64,000 nt of DNA. Origin: an uncultured Candidatus Binatia bacterium (lineage in GTDB: Bacteria > Desulfobacterota > Binatia > Bin18). Of the stretch, positions 1-10,158 are shown piece after piece; positions within the stretch are counted from its first letter, which is position 1; each line of letters opens with the position of its first letter. The translations under genes were made by a program, and so were the position numbers. The stretch covers positions 800,001 through 864,000 of the forward strand of contig OZ241744.1 of assembly GCA_965200965.1 (NCBI GenBank). Reading direction: 5' to 3'. Below the pieces are notes generated by a model that did no database searches, was not told the origin of the DNA, and saw only the letters and a list, made by a program, of their open reading frames with translations.

Positions 1-1
1 C

Positions 2-2074
2 TATGCGCCCGGTGTGCAGTCGATGATGGCTGGGGATGAATCCCTGACCCAGGTGGTCGGGGTTGTTGCCCAGATGCTTGATGTGCCGCATAGCTATGAG
101 CGGGCGGTGGCCGCGGTGCTGCGGGAGAAACTCGAGTATATGGTGGTTGCCGAGGTTGACGACGGGCTGACAGCGGTTGAGTACTTGCGTCAGGCCGAGG
201 CGGGCCACGGCAGCTTTATTCCGCTCCAGCCACGTTGTGGCTCACCGCCCCAGGATGCGTCCCGGCATAACGGCCACGGCCTGACCGTCGGCCAGGGCTT
301 ATCTGTGGCTATGGCCGCGCCGGCCGAGGTGACTCCCCTGCTCAGCCTGTTGTCGGTTGAGCCGCAGTGCCGCGAGGTGGTTGAAGCACTGCTGGTCGAT
401 ACTTTCCTGGTGCCTGACCTCCAGACCGGCCTGCAGTGCTGGCGGCACGACCGCCAGCCTCGAACCTTTGTGACGCCGAGCGGCGAGGTTCTCACCGCCC
501 AGGGCGTGGTCAGCGGCGGGAGCCAGACCTTTGCTCAGGAGGACTTGTTAGAGCGACGCCGGGAAATTCGTGATCTGCACGACCAAGTCAAGCGGCACGA
601 CGGCGCTGTCAGCGCCCTGGTCCGGCGGCGTCAAGAGGCTAGGCAGCGCCGTCAAGAGTTGGAGGGTGAGTTGGCCCGCTTAGAGGCCCAAGCCCGCGTC
701 CTGGGCGAAGAGAGACAAACGCTACAGCGCCAGGTCGCTCAGCTCGAAGGCGAACAGCGCCGCCTGCTGGATAAGGAAGAGAACATTGGCTACGAACGCC
801 AGACCCTGGAGGAGGAGAAGATCGGGTTGAGCAAGGAGATTACCGGCCTCGTCGCCCGAGAGTCTGAAGTGGACGGCCGGCGTCAAGAACGAGAAGCCAG
901 GCTGGCCGAACGCCAAGAGCAGCTTGCCCAGGCAAAGGTTTCGCTTGAACACCAGCGAGAGGTGTGTGACGAGTTGCGGGTGCGGGTGGCTGAGCGCCGT
1001 GAACGCCAGGAAGGTCTGCGCACCCAGCGCTCGCGTCTTGAGGACCAGCAGACCGAACTGGCCGAACGCGCAGCAGCCTGCCAGGCCGAGCACCGCACCG
1101 CCCGGGCAGAGGCCGAAAAGATGCGGACTGATCTGGCTCGGCAGGTCGTCCGCGTCGTCCAACACCAGGCCGAGTTGACCGCGGTGAAACAGGAACAGGA
1201 GCGCCAGCAAGAGGCGTGTGCCCAGCTGCGGGCGAGCTGTCGCGGGTATGAGGAAGATCTCGAGCGGTACCGGGCCGACCAGAGCCAGTTCCAGGAAGAG
1301 AAAACCCGGCTTGAGGTCAAGAGCGCCGAAAAACGGCTCAGCTGCGATCATATCAGTACGGCCGGCTACGAACGCTACGAGCTCGCTATTCCTGGGGTGC
1401 TGGCCCTGTATGTCCCCAAGCAGCTTGAGATTGAGGCGGGTGAAGAGCGTCGCCACGAGTTGCGCAATAAAATCGGCCGACTCGGCGAGGTCAATACCGG
1501 CGCGGCGGCTGAGCTGGCCGCTGTCGAGGAGCGTCATGCGTCTCTCAAGGCCCAGGAGGCCGACCTTCAGGACTCGATTGCTGATTTGCAGAGTACGATC
1601 GCGAAGCTCAACCGCGAGTCACGCGACCGGTTCAAAGAGACGTTTGGCATGGTCAACGCAAAATTTCGTCAGGTCTATGAGCGCCTGGTCAAAGGCGGAA
1701 CCGCCCGGATTGGGCTGACGGATGACAATGATCTGACCCACAGCGGGGTAGACATATCGGTCCAGCCGCCGGGCAAACGCTTGCGCTCCCTGCAGCTGCT
1801 GTCCGGTGGTGAAAAGGCGCTGGCCGCGCTGAGTTTTACCTTTGCCCTGTTTCTGATTCGTCCCAGCCCGTTTTGTGTGCTGGATGAGGTTGATGCCCCG
1901 CTCGACGATGCCAATGTTGACCGCTTTAACCATCTGGTCAGAGAACTCAGCCAAACAACCCAGATGGTCTTAATCACCCATAATAAACGGACAATGGAAG
2001 CCGCCTCGACCCTGTACGGCGTGACCATGCAGGAGCCGGGCGTATCAACCGTGGTCTCAGTGAGTCTGTCCTGA
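2..2074 (+). CDS. smc: Chromosome segregation protein SMC, C-terminal part (5' end outside window)
   Basis: Hinge region, long coiled coil, ABC signature LSGGEK, Walker B/D-loop CVLDEVDAPLD, switch ITH; frame open from window start. Confidence 0.97.
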   Translation, partial: YAPGVQSMMAGDESLTQVVGVVAQMLDVPHSYERAVAAVLREKLEYMVVAEVDDGLTAVEYLRQAEAGHGSFIPLQPRCGSPPQDASRHNGHGLTVGQGLSVAMAAPAEVTPLLSLLSVEPQCREVVEALLVDTFLVPDLQTGLQCWRHDRQPRTFVTPSGEVLTAQGVVSGGSQTFAQEDLLERRREIRDLHDQVKRHDGAVSALVRRRQEARQRRQELEGELARLEAQARVLGEERQTLQRQVAQLEGEQRRLLDKEENIGYERQTLEEEKIGLSKEITGLVARESEVDGRRQEREARLAERQEQLAQAKVSLEHQREVCDELRVRVAERRERQEGLRTQRSRLEDQQTELAERAAACQAEHRTARAEAEKMRTDLARQVVRVVQHQAELTAVKQEQERQQEACAQLRASCRGYEEDLERYRADQSQFQEEKTRLEVKSAEKRLSCDHISTAGYERYELAIPGVLALYVPKQLEIEAGEERRHELRNKIGRLGEVNTGAAAELAAVEERHASLKAQEADLQDSIADLQSTIAKLNRESRDRFKETFGMVNAKFRQVYERLVKGGTARIGLTDDNDLTHSGVDISVQPPGKRLRSLQLLSGGEKALAALSFTFALFLIRPSPFCVLDEVDAPLDDANVDRFNHLVRELSQTTQMVLITHNKRTMEAASTLYGVTMQEPGVSTVVSVSLS

Positions 2075-3024
2075 TGGCCCTGGCGTGGCGAAAAAAAGAG
2101 ACCCCGGAGAAAGAACAGTCGATCTGGCGGCGCGGTTTGTCCCGCTTACGTCAGGTCTTCCGCGCACCGCTGGACCGGGTCTTCCGCGGCCGGCCGATCG
2201 ATGACACCCTGTTCAGCGACCTCGAAGAGGTCCTGATCGGTGCGGATGTGGGGGTGCAGGAAACCGTGCTCCTCATTGACCGGCTGCGCGCATGTTGCCA
2301 GCGCGAGCGCCCGGCCGACGGGGAGGAGTTGAAAGCCTGTCTGAAAGAGGAGATGATCAGGCTCTTGCCGACCGCCAGCCCACCGCTGGTCGGTCAAGCG
2401 CGGCCCTGGGTAATCCTGCTGGTCGGTATCAATGGAGTGGGCAAGACAACGACCCTGGCCAAGCTGGCGGCTCGCTTTCGCCGGGAACACCAAACGGTTG
2501 TACTGGTTGCCGGAGATACCTTCCGAGCCGCAGCCATTGAGCAGCTCGAGGTCTGGGCCGATAGGCTCGGCGTGGAGGTAATTCGCCACCAGAGCGGGGC
2601 GTCTCCCGCGGCAGTGGCGTTTGACGGAGTTCGAGCCGGGATTGCTCGCAGCGTTGATGTGGTCCTGATCGATACCGCCGGACGGCTGCATACCAGAACG
2701 CCACTCATGGAAGAACTCAAAAAAGTACACCGTGTGGTTGCCAAAGAGCTGGAAGATGCCCCCCACGAGGTGCTGTTAGTGCTCGATGCCACAACCGGCC
2801 AAAACGCCCTGAGCCAGGCGCGGACCTTTCAGGCCGCATTCCCGTTGACTGGCGTGATCGTGACAAAAATGGACGGCTCTGGAAAAGGCGGGATGGTCCT
2901 GTCCATTGCCGAACGGCTCGGCGTCCCGATTCGGGCGGTTGGCCTGGGCGAGGGGGTTGAAGACCTGCACGACTTTGAGGCGACCGCGTTTGTCGAGGCG
3001 CTTTTTTCTTCCGAGGACTCCTAA
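2074..3024 (+). CDS. ftsY: Signal recognition particle receptor FtsY
   Basis: GINGVGKTTT, DTFRAAA, DTAGR, TKMDG SRP-GTPase motifs; overlaps smc stop (TGATG). Confidence 0.97.
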   Translation: MALAWRKKETPEKEQSIWRRGLSRLRQVFRAPLDRVFRGRPIDDTLFSDLEEVLIGADVGVQETVLLIDRLRACCQRERPADGEELKACLKEEMIRLLPTASPPLVGQARPWVILLVGINGVGKTTTLAKLAARFRREHQTVVLVAGDTFRAAAIEQLEVWADRLGVEVIRHQSGASPAAVAFDGVRAGIARSVDVVLIDTAGRLHTRTPLMEELKKVHRVVAKELEDAPHEVLLVLDATTGQNALSQARTFQAAFPLTGVIVTKMDGSGKGGMVLSIAERLGVPIRAVGLGEGVEDLHDFEATAFVEALFSSEDS

Positions 3025-3031
3025 GCTTGTC

Positions 3032-3060
3032 TTGACTCACAGGGCTGAGGGCAATACACT
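3032..3060 (+). promoter_or_regulatory. sigma70-type promoter for zapB-zapA
   Basis: TTGACT-17 nt-TACACT directly after the ftsY stop. Confidence 0.65.
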
Positions 3061-3093
3061 CAGGTTGAACTTTTCCTTCTGCTTTTGGGCGAT

Positions 3094-3357
3094 ATGGCTA
3101 TACCAAGCCTCAAACTTCTCGGGGAAAAGCTCGGTGGGATGCTGGAACGTCACGAGCGGATTTGCCAAGAGAAGGCGGTGTTGACACAACGCCTGAGTGA
3201 GCAACAGCACACAAACGGCCGTCTGCGTGAACAACTCCAGCAGTACGAACAGGAACGAGAGGAAATTCGAACGAAGCTGGAACGGATTCTGAGTCAGTTT
3301 GACGGGCTCGGAATAGAGTTGGACGACGAGGGGCGAGGCGATGAAATCCCTGGTTAA
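3094..3357 (+). CDS. zapB: ZapB-like short coiled-coil cell division protein
   Basis: 87-aa coiled coil (EREEIRTKLERIL) immediately upstream of and overlapping zapA. Confidence 0.7.
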   Translation: MAIPSLKLLGEKLGGMLERHERICQEKAVLTQRLSEQQHTNGRLREQLQQYEQEREEIRTKLERILSQFDGLGIELDDEGRGDEIPG

Positions 3358-3652
3358 GGTCGCAATCTTTGGCCAGACCTTCACGGTCAACAGCGAAGAG
3401 CAAGCCCATGTGGAAGAGTTGGCCGGCTATATTGACCAACATATGCGCCAGATCGCGAGCAGCACCAAAACCGTCGTCCCCCTGCGGGTCGCCATTATGG
3501 CAGCTCTGGACATTGCAGACGAGTGGTACAAAGCCAGTCAGCGAGAACAAGAGATCCAAGAAGAAACAGAACATCTTTGTGCGGTCCTGCTTGAACGGAT
3601 CGGGCAGAGTGAAAAGAACGAAGACGTGAGCAACGGCCGTATCGTCTCGTAA
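3341..3652 (+). CDS. zapA: Cell division protein ZapA
   Basis: VKVAIFGQTFTV...LAGYIDQHM...RVAIMAALDIADE pattern typical of ZapA. Confidence 0.9.
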   Translation: MKSLVKVAIFGQTFTVNSEEQAHVEELAGYIDQHMRQIASSTKTVVPLRVAIMAALDIADEWYKASQREQEIQEETEHLCAVLLERIGQSEKNEDVSNGRIVS

Positions 3653-3675
3653 TACGCTGTGTCTTCCTCATCGCC

Positions 3676-3901
3676 CGTCTCAGCGCCTTCTCAGCGGGAT
3701 GTGCTAGCCGCCCCAGGCTGAGACGCTCCTGCCAGTCCTGTCGTCCGACTTCCTCCGTTCCATAACTGAGGGCCTTGTGGGGGGATTCCCGCTAGGCAAT
3801 CCGAGGGATGGAGGACAATCTCCTGATGCAACCGAAACGTCACTGGGAGGTGGTTTTACACAGGGAAAGGCCCTCCGACCCTGGGGATGGAAGGAGGTCG
3901 G
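3676..3901 (+). ncRNA. Candidate structured RNA / rny leader (position where 6S RNA often lies)
   Basis: Complementary arms 3676-3684/3717-3725, 3745-3753/3893-3901, 3758-3763/3887-3892, 3768-3776/3867-3875; family not identified. Confidence 0.45.
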
Positions 3902-3907
3902 TGAGAG

Positions 3908-5470
3908 ATGAGGTCATTACTCTACTGTTTAATTGGAGTGGTGCTCGGCGGTGTGGGCGTTTGGGCGCTTGTGCTGCTGCGCCAACGCTGGCAGCACAAA
4001 ACGATTGGCAACGCCGAGGAAACAGCACAGCTCATTCTGAAAGAGGTCCGCAAAGAATCATCCGTCATCAAGAAAGAAGCCGAGGTCCAGGCCAAAGATA
4101 TCCTCTTACAGTCCAAGACGGAGCTTGAGAAAGAACACCGCGAACGGAGGAAGGAGATTCAACAGGGCGAGCGACGTCTACAGAGCCGTGAAGAAACCCT
4201 TGAGAAGCGGGCAGTGACCCTGGACAACCGGGAAACCGAGCTGTCGCGCCGGGAGCAGGGTTTCAAGACCAGAGAGGAAGCGGTTGACAAGAAAGCCCAA
4301 GAGTATCAGGGCTTGATAGAAGAGACCCGCCAGCAGCTCGAGCAGATCGCCGACATGAACCGTGAGGAAGCCAAAAATGTTCTGCTGGAACAGATGCTGA
4401 GTGACGCGCGCAGCCAGGCAGCGCGTCAGATCATGGCCGTCGAAGAAGAAGCGCGTGATGAGGCCGATCGTCGGGCCAGGAAGATCATCACCGTGGCGGT
4501 CGAGCGTCTGGCCGGCGAGTTTGTGTCGGAACGCACCACCGCGGTGATTTCCCTGCCCAGCGACGACATGAAGGGGCGTATTATTGGCCGCGAGGGACGC
4601 AACATCCGCGCGATCGAAGCGGCTACCGGTGTTGACCTGATCGTTGATGATACACCGGAGGCGGTGCTGATCTCCAGCCACAGCCCTATCCGCCGAGAGA
4701 TCGCCCGGGTCGGGCTTGGCCGGCTGATCTCCGACGGCCGGATTCACCCCGGCCGGATTGAAGAAGTCATCAAAAAGGCTGAACAAGAGGTTGAGGAAGC
4801 CGTCCGCGAGGCCGGGCAGCGGGCTGTCCTGGAGCTGGGCATTCACGGTGTCCACCCGGAGATCATCACGCTCATCGGCATGCTGAAATATCGCTACTCC
4901 TACGGCCAGAACGTGCTGATGCACTCCATCGAAACCGCCTATGTGTGTGGGATCATGGCCGCGGAGCTGGGCCTCAATGAAAAACAGGCCCGGCGGGCCG
5001 CCCTGCTGCACGACATCGGCAAAGCGGTGTCCCACGAAATTGAGGGCTCGCACGCCATTATTGGCGGCGATGTGGCCCGCAAATACGGCGAGTCGGCCAA
5101 GATCGCCAACGCCATTGCCGCCCATCACGAAGAGGTCAAAGCCGAGACCGTGCTGGCCCCTCTGGTGGACGCCGCAGACGCGCTGTCCGGGGCCCGACCC
5201 GGAGCCCGACGGGAAGTGCTCGAAAGCTATGTTCGCCGTCTCGAAGACCTGGAACGCATCGGCAGATCTTTCAGCGGGGTCGAAAAGTCCTTTGCCGTGC
5301 AGGCCGGCCGTGAGGTCCGGGTCATGGTCAGTCCCGGCTCGGTGACGGACGGCGAGGCCGCCATCCTGGCCCGTGAAGTAGCCAGGAAAATTGAAGACGA
5401 GATGACCTATCCGGGCCAGATCAAGATCACCGTCATTCGGGAGATGCGGGCGACCGAGTTTGCCCGCTGA
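3908..5470 (+). CDS. rny: Ribonuclease Y
   Basis: N-terminal TM helix, coiled coil, KH domain ([13 protein letters not shown]), HD domain (LLHDIGK), SGARPGAR. Confidence 0.98.
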   Translation: MRSLLYCLIGVVLGGVGVWALVLLRQRWQHKTIGNAEETAQLILKEVRKESSVIKKEAEVQAKDILLQSKTELEKEHRERRKEIQQGERRLQSREETLEKRAVTLDNRETELSRREQGFKTREEAVDKKAQEYQGLIEETRQQLEQIADMNREEAKNVLLEQMLSDARSQAARQIMAVEEEARDEADRRARKIITVAVERLAGEFVSERTTAVISLPSDDMKGRIIGREGRNIRAIEAATGVDLIVDDTPEAVLISSHSPIRREIARVGLGRLISDGRIHPGRIEEVIKKAEQEVEEAVREAGQRAVLELGIHGVHPEIITLIGMLKYRYSYGQNVLMHSIETAYVCGIMAAELGLNEKQARRAALLHDIGKAVSHEIEGSHAIIGGDVARKYGESAKIANAIAAHHEEVKAETVLAPLVDAADALSGARPGARREVLESYVRRLEDLERIGRSFSGVEKSFAVQAGREVRVMVSPGSVTDGEAAILAREVARKIEDEMTYPGQIKITVIREMRATEFAR

Positions 5471-5498
5471 ATGGCACGGCAAAGAAAGCGAAGACGCC

Positions 5499-6698
5499 AT
5501 GACGCCTGTTGCAGACCAAGTTCGCGCAATTCAGCGCGGGACGGTTGATATCATCCCGCTCGAAGAACTGAAACGAAAGCTGGAAACGGGCCGTCGGCTG
5601 CGCATCAAGCTCGGGGTTGACCCGACTTCTCCCGACCTGCACCTCGGGCACACCGTCGTGGTCAACAAGCTGCGCCAGTTTCAGGAGTTGGGCCATGCGG
5701 TGATTTTCCTGGTGGGGGACTTCACCGGCATGATCGGCGACCCGACCGGCCGCTCAGAGACCCGCACGGCCCTGACCCGCGATCAGGTCCTGGACAACGC
5801 CGAAACCTATACCAGGCAGGTGTTCAAGATTCTGGACCGGGACAAGACCGAGGTCCGTTTCAACTCCGAGTGGATGGACGCCTTCACCCCGCCCGACTTT
5901 ATCCGCCTGTGCGGTCAGTACACCGTTGCCCGTCTCTTGGAACGGGACGACTTCTCCAAACGCTCTAAGGACGGCATTCCCATCCACGTCCACGAACTCC
6001 TCTATCCGCTCGTCCAGGGCTACGACTCGGTTGCGCTTGAGGCCGATGTCGAGGTTGGGGGAACAGATCAGCGCTTCAACTTGCTGGTTGGGCGCGAACT
6101 CCAGCGCAGCCACGGCCAGGAACCCCAGGTCATCCTCACCCTGCCCCTGCTCGAAGGCACCGACGGGGTGCAGAAGATGAGCAAATCGCTCGGCAACGCC
6201 ATTGGCATCACCGATCCGCCACACGAGATGTACGGCAAAATCATGTCGCTCTCAGACGCCATGATGCACAAATACTACGAGCTGCTGAGCACGGTCGGTA
6301 GCGACCAACTCGAAACCATTCAGCGCGGCGAGGTCCACCCAATGGAGGCCAAAAAACAGCTGGCGGCCGAGCTGATTACCCGCTTTCATACCAGCACCGC
6401 GGCAGAGAGGGCCGCGGCCGACTTTGCCCAGCGCTTTCAGCGCCGCGAGCTGCCCAGCGAGCTGAGAGAGTTCATCTGTCACACGGATATGCCCCAGGTC
6501 TGGGTCTGTCATCTGCTGCGCGATGCCGGCCTCACACCATCGACCAGCGAAGCCCGGCGGATGATCCAGCAGGGAGCGGTGCGCATTGACCAACAGCGGA
6601 TAGACAACCCGGCTCTCAGGGTCCCGGCCCAGGGCGAGAAAGTTGTCCAGGTTGGGCGACGGCGGATTGTCAGAGTGGTGTTTAACCCCCCGTTCTAG
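5499..6698 (+). CDS. tyrS: Tyrosyl-tRNA synthetase
   Basis: [11 protein letters not shown] (HIGH), GGTDQ, KMSKS, C-terminal S4 domain. Confidence 0.97.
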   Translation: MTPVADQVRAIQRGTVDIIPLEELKRKLETGRRLRIKLGVDPTSPDLHLGHTVVVNKLRQFQELGHAVIFLVGDFTGMIGDPTGRSETRTALTRDQVLDNAETYTRQVFKILDRDKTEVRFNSEWMDAFTPPDFIRLCGQYTVARLLERDDFSKRSKDGIPIHVHELLYPLVQGYDSVALEADVEVGGTDQRFNLLVGRELQRSHGQEPQVILTLPLLEGTDGVQKMSKSLGNAIGITDPPHEMYGKIMSLSDAMMHKYYELLSTVGSDQLETIQRGEVHPMEAKKQLAAELITRFHTSTAAERAAADFAQRFQRRELPSELREFICHTDMPQVWVCHLLRDAGLTPSTSEARRMIQQGAVRIDQQRIDNPALRVPAQGEKVVQVGRRRIVRVVFNPPF

Positions 6699-6717
6699 CC
6701 CCGAGCTGGAGAGTCTG

Positions 6718-7602
6718 ATGAGCAGCACGGCGGCCCCCGCGTACCGGTGTGGTTTTATTGCCCTGATCGGTCGGCCCAACGTTGGCAAGTCAACCCTGCT
6801 GAACACCCTGGTTGGCGAAAAGCTCGCCATTGTCACCCCCAAGCCGCAAACAACCCGGACTAGGCTGACAGGGGTCAAAACCCTGCCCGATGCGCAACTG
6901 CTATTCGTTGACACCCCGGGCATCCACAGCCGCACCGGCTCTCTCCTCAACCGGCATATGGTCAAGCAGGCCCTCACCGCCGTACAAGAGACTGACATGG
7001 TGCTGTTCCTAGTCGATGCCCGGCGTGGCATCCTGGCCGGCGACGAACAGATCGCCGCCCGTCTCGCCGCCCTGTCTACCCCGGTCATCGGGGTGCTGAA
7101 TAAAATAGACCTGCTGCCCCGCTCTGCCCTGCTGCCGGTACTGGAGCGGCTGGCCGGCCTCCTGCCCGGACGCGAGCTCGTGCCGGTCAGTGCCCTGCGC
7201 AGCACCAATACCACTGAACTGCTGTCCACCCTGATCCAGCCCCTGCCGGTCGGCCCGGCCCTGTATCCGAGCGACGAGCTGACCGACCAGAGCGAGCGGC
7301 TGTTCGCCCAGGAAATGATCCGCGAGCAGATCTTTTTTCATGCTCAGCAGGAAGTCCCCTACGCCACCGCGGCAGTTGTCGAAGAGTTTACCGAGAAAGC
7401 CGACTTGTTGGTCATCCGGGCTGCCATCCATGTTGAACGCACCTCGCAAAAGGCGATTGTGATCGGCAAGGGCGGCACCCGGCTCAAGACAATCGGCCAG
7501 GCCGCCCGCCGGCGGATGGAAGCCTTCTTTGGGCGTAAGGTCTTCCTCGAGCTGTTTGTCAAAGTCTCCACAGGCTGGACCAACCGCCCGGCCATGTGGT
7601 GA
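6718..7602 (+). CDS. era: GTPase Era
   Basis: GRPNVGKSTL, KPQTTR, DTPG, NKID, KH domain VIGKGG; stop falls 6 codons before the expected ELG end. Confidence 0.95.
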   Translation: MSSTAAPAYRCGFIALIGRPNVGKSTLLNTLVGEKLAIVTPKPQTTRTRLTGVKTLPDAQLLFVDTPGIHSRTGSLLNRHMVKQALTAVQETDMVLFLVDARRGILAGDEQIAARLAALSTPVIGVLNKIDLLPRSALLPVLERLAGLLPGRELVPVSALRSTNTTELLSTLIQPLPVGPALYPSDELTDQSERLFAQEMIREQIFFHAQQEVPYATAAVVEEFTEKADLLVIRAAIHVERTSQKAIVIGKGGTRLKTIGQAARRRMEAFFGRKVFLELFVKVSTGWTNRPAMW

Positions 7603-7759
7603 GAGTTGGGCTTGTCCTAAGCGACTGAGGGAGAAAGCGTATGGTTTGGAAGGCGAGCACCGTAATTGGGCTTGTGGGCAGTTTCCTGTGGCTGTCAAGC
7701 ACTTTGGCTGAGCCACCACAATGAGCCATTGATACTCCATCCCAAGGGCAACCCACCTC

Positions 7760-8629
7760 GGGGCTGTGGAGTATCCTGGGCTGGGCTGTTGGTATTACCG
7801 CGCCGATTGACTTTGTTGAGGTGTCGTTTGACGGCGGAAATCCTATCCCTGTTGGCTATGGCGGAGCACGCGGCGATGTTGGAGACGCGTTCTTGCCTAT
7901 GGGAGCGCGATATTCTTCACCAGCAGAGCACAATGGCACCGAGATACCCCATGTCTCTTCTTCTTTTTGACAGCCACGCTGTACATAGTTCTTCTGTTCA
8001 AATCGCGTCGTTTTGTCGAATATTATCCGCCGGTTGCCGTGCTGCTGTGCGCGATCATTCTGCGGGCCTGGTTGAAAAGACTGGATGTCCGGTCTCTTGC
8101 CTGGACGGAACTGAAAATTGGTGGTCTGGTGGTGGCAAGCGTTGTGTTCGTCGCCGCCGTGTGGGGGACTGTTCAAGCCGCTCGGCGTGATGTGTCCGCA
8201 CTCCCGTCGTCTGATGCGTATAAGGGCGGGGCGGAGTGGTTAGCGCGCAATACGTCACAAGGGGCGCGCGTTTTTCATACCGATTGGGACGATTTTCTGG
8301 GCCTGTTTTTCTTCAATACGCATAATACCTGCATCGTTGGTCTTGATCCCGATTTTCTGCGTCGCAAAACCCCCCATCGTCATCAACGCTGGAAGGCTAT
8401 TACCAGAGGAAGGGTGCGGCTGCCGGCAAAGGTGATTTTTCAGAAATTTGGCTGTGAGTACGCATTCACCGACAACGCCCATCGGACATTCATTGCCCTT
8501 GCCGACCGGGATCCGTTTATGAAAAAAATCTACGCAGACCGCCAGACAACGGTATACCGGGTGCTTGATGACCTTATGGGCAACCCTCGCCCCAAGAATA
8601 CAAGAGAGCGGAGCCGTCGGGCTGAATAG
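7760..8629 (+). pseudogene. Truncated/degenerate membrane protein (C-terminal 220 aa open at 7967-8629)
   Basis: Two TM segments plus RRFVEYY and TDWDDF..LFFFN...VGLDP motifs resembling the C-terminus of GT-C-like membrane proteins; no proper start or SD; left boundary approximate. Confidence 0.5.
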
Positions 8630-8693
8630 TTCGTCACTCCAGGCATGAGAGGGCTGCGACACACCCTCCACGGACAAAAGAAGAGGGGGAGAC

Positions 8694-10064
8694 ATGGCCG
8701 TGCTGGCCCGGACTGGATTGGCCTTGACCCGCTGGACAGAACGCTGGATTCCTGACTCGTGGGTCATTGCGGTGATGCTGAGCCTGTTCGTCGCCGGCTT
8801 GGCGATGACGGTCGGCGGTGCCTCTCCGGCGGCTACCCTCCAGGCCTGGGGTCAGGGCTTGTGGGCCTTGCTCAGCCTAGCCATGCAGTTCACCCTGATG
8901 ATGGTCCTGGCCTATGCCTGTGCCGTGTCTCCGCCGCTCAGGCGGGCCTTTGTGTGGATGGCCGCCCGGCCCAATCCGGCCCGCCCCCGTCAGGCGATTG
9001 TCCTGATGGCTCTGTTCTCAACCCTGACCGCCTGGCTCAACTGGGCCTTCAGTCTGGTCGTGACGGCCGCCTTTCTGCCGTTTGTGGTCAGGGCCAACCC
9101 GCGGGCCGATTTCCGTTTGCTCGTCACCTGCGCCTACCTGGGGGTCGGCACGGTCTGGCATACCGGCCTGTCCGGCTCGGCTCCGCTCATTCTTGCCACG
9201 CCGGACAATTTTCTGATCCAGGCCGGCGTGCTGACCGACACTGTGCCGACCACCCAGACGCTGTTTGCGCCGTTTAATCTTGGCTATGCGGTGCTGGCCG
9301 GGCTAGCCGGGACGCTGGTTGCCGCGGCCCTGGCTCCCTCAGCGGCCGAGGCCGTCACCGTGTCCGAGGCTCAGGCCCGGCGTCTCGCCTCGGGCTATGT
9401 GGCCCAAACCCGTCCGTCACGCCCGATGCCGGCCGAACGTCTGGAGTGGTGGCCGGGCTGGTCGCTGCTCGCCAGCGGGGCGATGTTGCTGTATCTGGTC
9501 GCGCAGTTCAGCCGCCTGGGGTTCGGCCGGGCCTGGACGATTGATACCTACAACCTGTTGTTCATGGCCCTCGGCCTGTTGCTGCACTGGCATCCCAAGT
9601 CGTTTTTAGCCGCCTGCGAGCAGGGGATCAGGAATACCTGGGGGATTGTGATCCAGTATCCCTTGTACGCCGGCATTTTTGGTCTGATGGCCTATACCGG
9701 GCTGGGCCAAGTCCTGACCCGGCTGTTTATCAGCGCCAGCTCGCCGCGTTCCTTCCCGCTGATCGTTTATCTGTACTCGGCAGCACTGAACTACTTTGTG
9801 CCCTCCGGCGGCTCAAAGTGGATTGTTGAGGCGTCCTACCTGTTGCCGGCCGGACACGCCTTGGGCTTGTCAATTCCGACGGTGACGCTGAGCTATGCGT
9901 ACGGCGATATGACGACCAACCTCATTCAGCCGTTTTGGGCGATTCCCATCCTGACCGTCGCCGGCCTGCGCTTTGGCGACATCATGGGCTACTGCTTCAT
10001 CATTGCCGGCCTGATGCTGGTGTTTAATGTGCTGGCCCTGCTGCTGATTCCGCTCCAACTGTAG
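8694..10064 (+). CDS. Short-chain fatty acid transporter (AtoE family)
   Basis: ERWIPDS, WHTGLSGSAPL, FVPSGGSKW, YGD.TTNLIQPFWAIP motifs; multi-TM; good SD. Confidence 0.9.
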   Translation: MAVLARTGLALTRWTERWIPDSWVIAVMLSLFVAGLAMTVGGASPAATLQAWGQGLWALLSLAMQFTLMMVLAYACAVSPPLRRAFVWMAARPNPARPRQAIVLMALFSTLTAWLNWAFSLVVTAAFLPFVVRANPRADFRLLVTCAYLGVGTVWHTGLSGSAPLILATPDNFLIQAGVLTDTVPTTQTLFAPFNLGYAVLAGLAGTLVAAALAPSAAEAVTVSEAQARRLASGYVAQTRPSRPMPAERLEWWPGWSLLASGAMLLYLVAQFSRLGFGRAWTIDTYNLLFMALGLLLHWHPKSFLAACEQGIRNTWGIVIQYPLYAGIFGLMAYTGLGQVLTRLFISASSPRSFPLIVYLYSAALNYFVPSGGSKWIVEASYLLPAGHALGLSIPTVTLSYAYGDMTTNLIQPFWAIPILTVAGLRFGDIMGYCFIIAGLMLVFNVLALLLIPLQL

Positions 10065-10158
10065 TGTCTCATCTCTGAAACACCCGGGCGGTCGATCGTG
10101 AGGGTGGCGACGAAATCGCTGAACTCGGCCTTGATGATTGTCATATGTGGTGAGCCTG

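Noticed and set aside
3653-3907. Firm 6S RNA (ssrS) call
   Set aside because: Position fits, but I could not find the usual 6S sequence hallmarks or a clean central bubble; kept only as an unidentified structured RNA.
7600-7602. Selenocysteine or genome-wide TGA recoding
   Set aside because: TGA terminates many genes here correctly (smc, rny, guaA, dnaE) and the position is not a Cys site.
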